DNA of 64,000 nucleotides, from positions 1 to 64,000 of IMG/VR virus record IMGVR_UViG_3300047160_018490; one strand, given 5' to 3'. Position numbers and translations under genes: made by a program. This stretch comes from a virus (taxonomy: Duplodnaviria; Caudoviricetes). Positions 62,986 to 64,000 of this stretch are shown one piece after another. Numbering within the stretch: the first letter of the stretch is position 1; every line of letters begins with the position of its first letter. The notes below the pieces were generated by a model. It was not told the origin of the DNA and searched no databases. It worked only from the letters and a program-made list of their open reading frames with translations.

Positions 62986-63622
62986 TGGTGCCCCCTGACA
63001 GCGTCTTGAACTGGATGGCGATGTGAGCCCACTTGCTCATAGTGGCCTTTGCTGGGGTGAAGAGGTAGCGGCAATCCTTCAGGAAGGCGAGGGCCTTCAG
63101 ACAAATCTCCTCCTTCTTCTTGCAATCCTCCAGGATGGCCTCGCTCTCTCTTTTCCCCTGGGCCAGCATATCCTCCAGCACGTTCTGTGCCTCGCCCTTC
63201 ACCAGGAAGCGGTTCTGGGCTCTCATGATGGCGTCGATGGAAGCCTTGCAGGAGCCTTTATTTTCCCTGATGGCATCGAGGGAGGCTTGTACTTTCCTCC
63301 TCATCCAGTCTACGAGGTCAATCTCCTCCGGCTTGCCATATCCCTTGGCACACTCCTGAATGCACGCCCCCAAGGTGTTGTTCAGGATGACCACCACCTG
63401 TAAGAAGGAGTTGTCAGCCTGGGCGCCGAGGTCCCCTGTGCGGTCATAGTTCGCCCTTCTCTCCTCATCTGAAAGGACATCGTAGGCGAGCTGCACCTCC
63501 TGGAAGACCTTCACATCCCCTCCCCTATCGGGATGGGACTTCATGGCCTTCTTGCGATAGGCTTTCTTCACCTGCTCAGGGGTAGCCTCTTTGGGGATAC
63601 CCAGTACCACATACGGGTTCAC
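62972..63622 (-). CDS. J-domain (DnaJ-like) co-chaperone
   Basis: NPYVVLG..VKKAYRKKAMKSHPDRGG..FQEVQLAYDVLSD..R..YD. Confidence 0.92.
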   Translation of the reverse strand: MNPYVVLGIPKEATPEQVKKAYRKKAMKSHPDRGGDVKVFQEVQLAYDVLSDEERRANYDRTGDLGAQADNSFLQVVVILNNTLGACIQECAKGYGKPEEIDLVDWMRRKVQASLDAIRENKGSCKASIDAIMRAQNRFLVKGEAQNVLEDMLAQGKRESEAILEDCKKKEEICLKALAFLKDCRYLFTPAKATMSKWAHIAIQFKTLSGGTSAST

Positions 63623-63624
63623 GG

Positions 63625-63999
63625 TTACCGCTTTCTGTAAAGGGGAGACTTACGGAGGATGCTCTTGCTTTCCTCAGGAGGGGGAGGAAAAGCGGGCTCT
63701 TCCTTCCCGGGACGCAGCCTAATGCGAGACATACCCGCCGCTGTCCTTCCCTGGTCAGAGTCCGGGTTGTTTGACCCTCTGGACCCTTCTGTACCTGCTG
63801 GAGACCGAGCCCTTTCACCTTCCAGGAGCATGTCCTCTTCGATCTGGGTAAGCGGGTCAGGAGTATGCTCTGGTTGCTTCTCCACTTCTTCCTCTGGAGG
63901 GGCTTCCTCTTCCAGATCCCTTTGCATACGCTGACCCTCTGGGGAATTCCAGAACCGTAACCTCTCCTGCTCTATACTCCCCTCCGAGCGTCCCGCTGA
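63625..63999 (-). CDS. partial CDS (C-terminal acidic tail; possibly portal or head protein)
   Basis: frame open to the window edge; contains EEEVEK|Q; identity is inferred from synteny only. Confidence 0.5.
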   Translation of the reverse strand, partial: SAGRSEGSIEQERLRFWNSPEGQRMQRDLEEEAPPEEEVEKQPEHTPDPLTQIEEDMLLEGERARSPAGTEGSRGSNNPDSDQGRTAAGMSRIRLRPGKEEPAFPPPPEESKSILRKSPLYRKR

Positions 64000-64000
64000 G

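Noticed and set aside
1-64000. Alternative genetic code (stop reassignment)
   Set aside because: Standard code gives dense, coupled, full-length genes, including 9-kb and 6-kb ORFs

Overview
The window is a 64-kb piece of a large, GC-rich tailed dsDNA phage or prophage with HK97-fold capsids and a siphovirus-like tail. A Planctomycetota-like host is inferred, not shown. A short plus-strand arm (1-6145) carries a ParB-like/MutS-I fusion, a KGG stress protein, a HExxH protein and hypotheticals. It converges on an approximately 58-kb minus-strand virion operon. Read from the right end, that operon encodes a partial acidic protein, a J-domain protein, a 2035-aa prohead protease/AAA+ fusion, a 3055-aa tandem-module protein and a 641-aa scaffold-like protein. 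It continues with membrane/secreted proteins plus a papain-like protease, a CPHC thioredoxin, two paralogous major capsid proteins, a decoration-like protein, glycosylation genes (including an RGP/GT75 homolog), head-tail joining genes and a tail tube. It ends with G/GT chaperones joined by a GGGAAAC -1 frameshift, the tape measure, Cys-rich tail-tip proteins, a second glycosylation block, a tandem LamG protein and a long fibre-like protein. The most striking feature is the approximately 17-kb head-maturation locus (45037-62235). It holds about 35 diverged copies of a small beta-beta-beta-alpha module (YEV-R...R[ST]xxHP...EEA) and about 8 copies of a second helical module. The modules are nearly Lys-free and are separated by recurring (V/E)EK|(A/G/S/D/Q) linkers that resemble the predicted capsid maturation sites. 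This suggests protease-processed polyproteins that release dozens of small capsid-packaged cargo proteins. All family assignments come from motif recognition by eye; no database searches were run.
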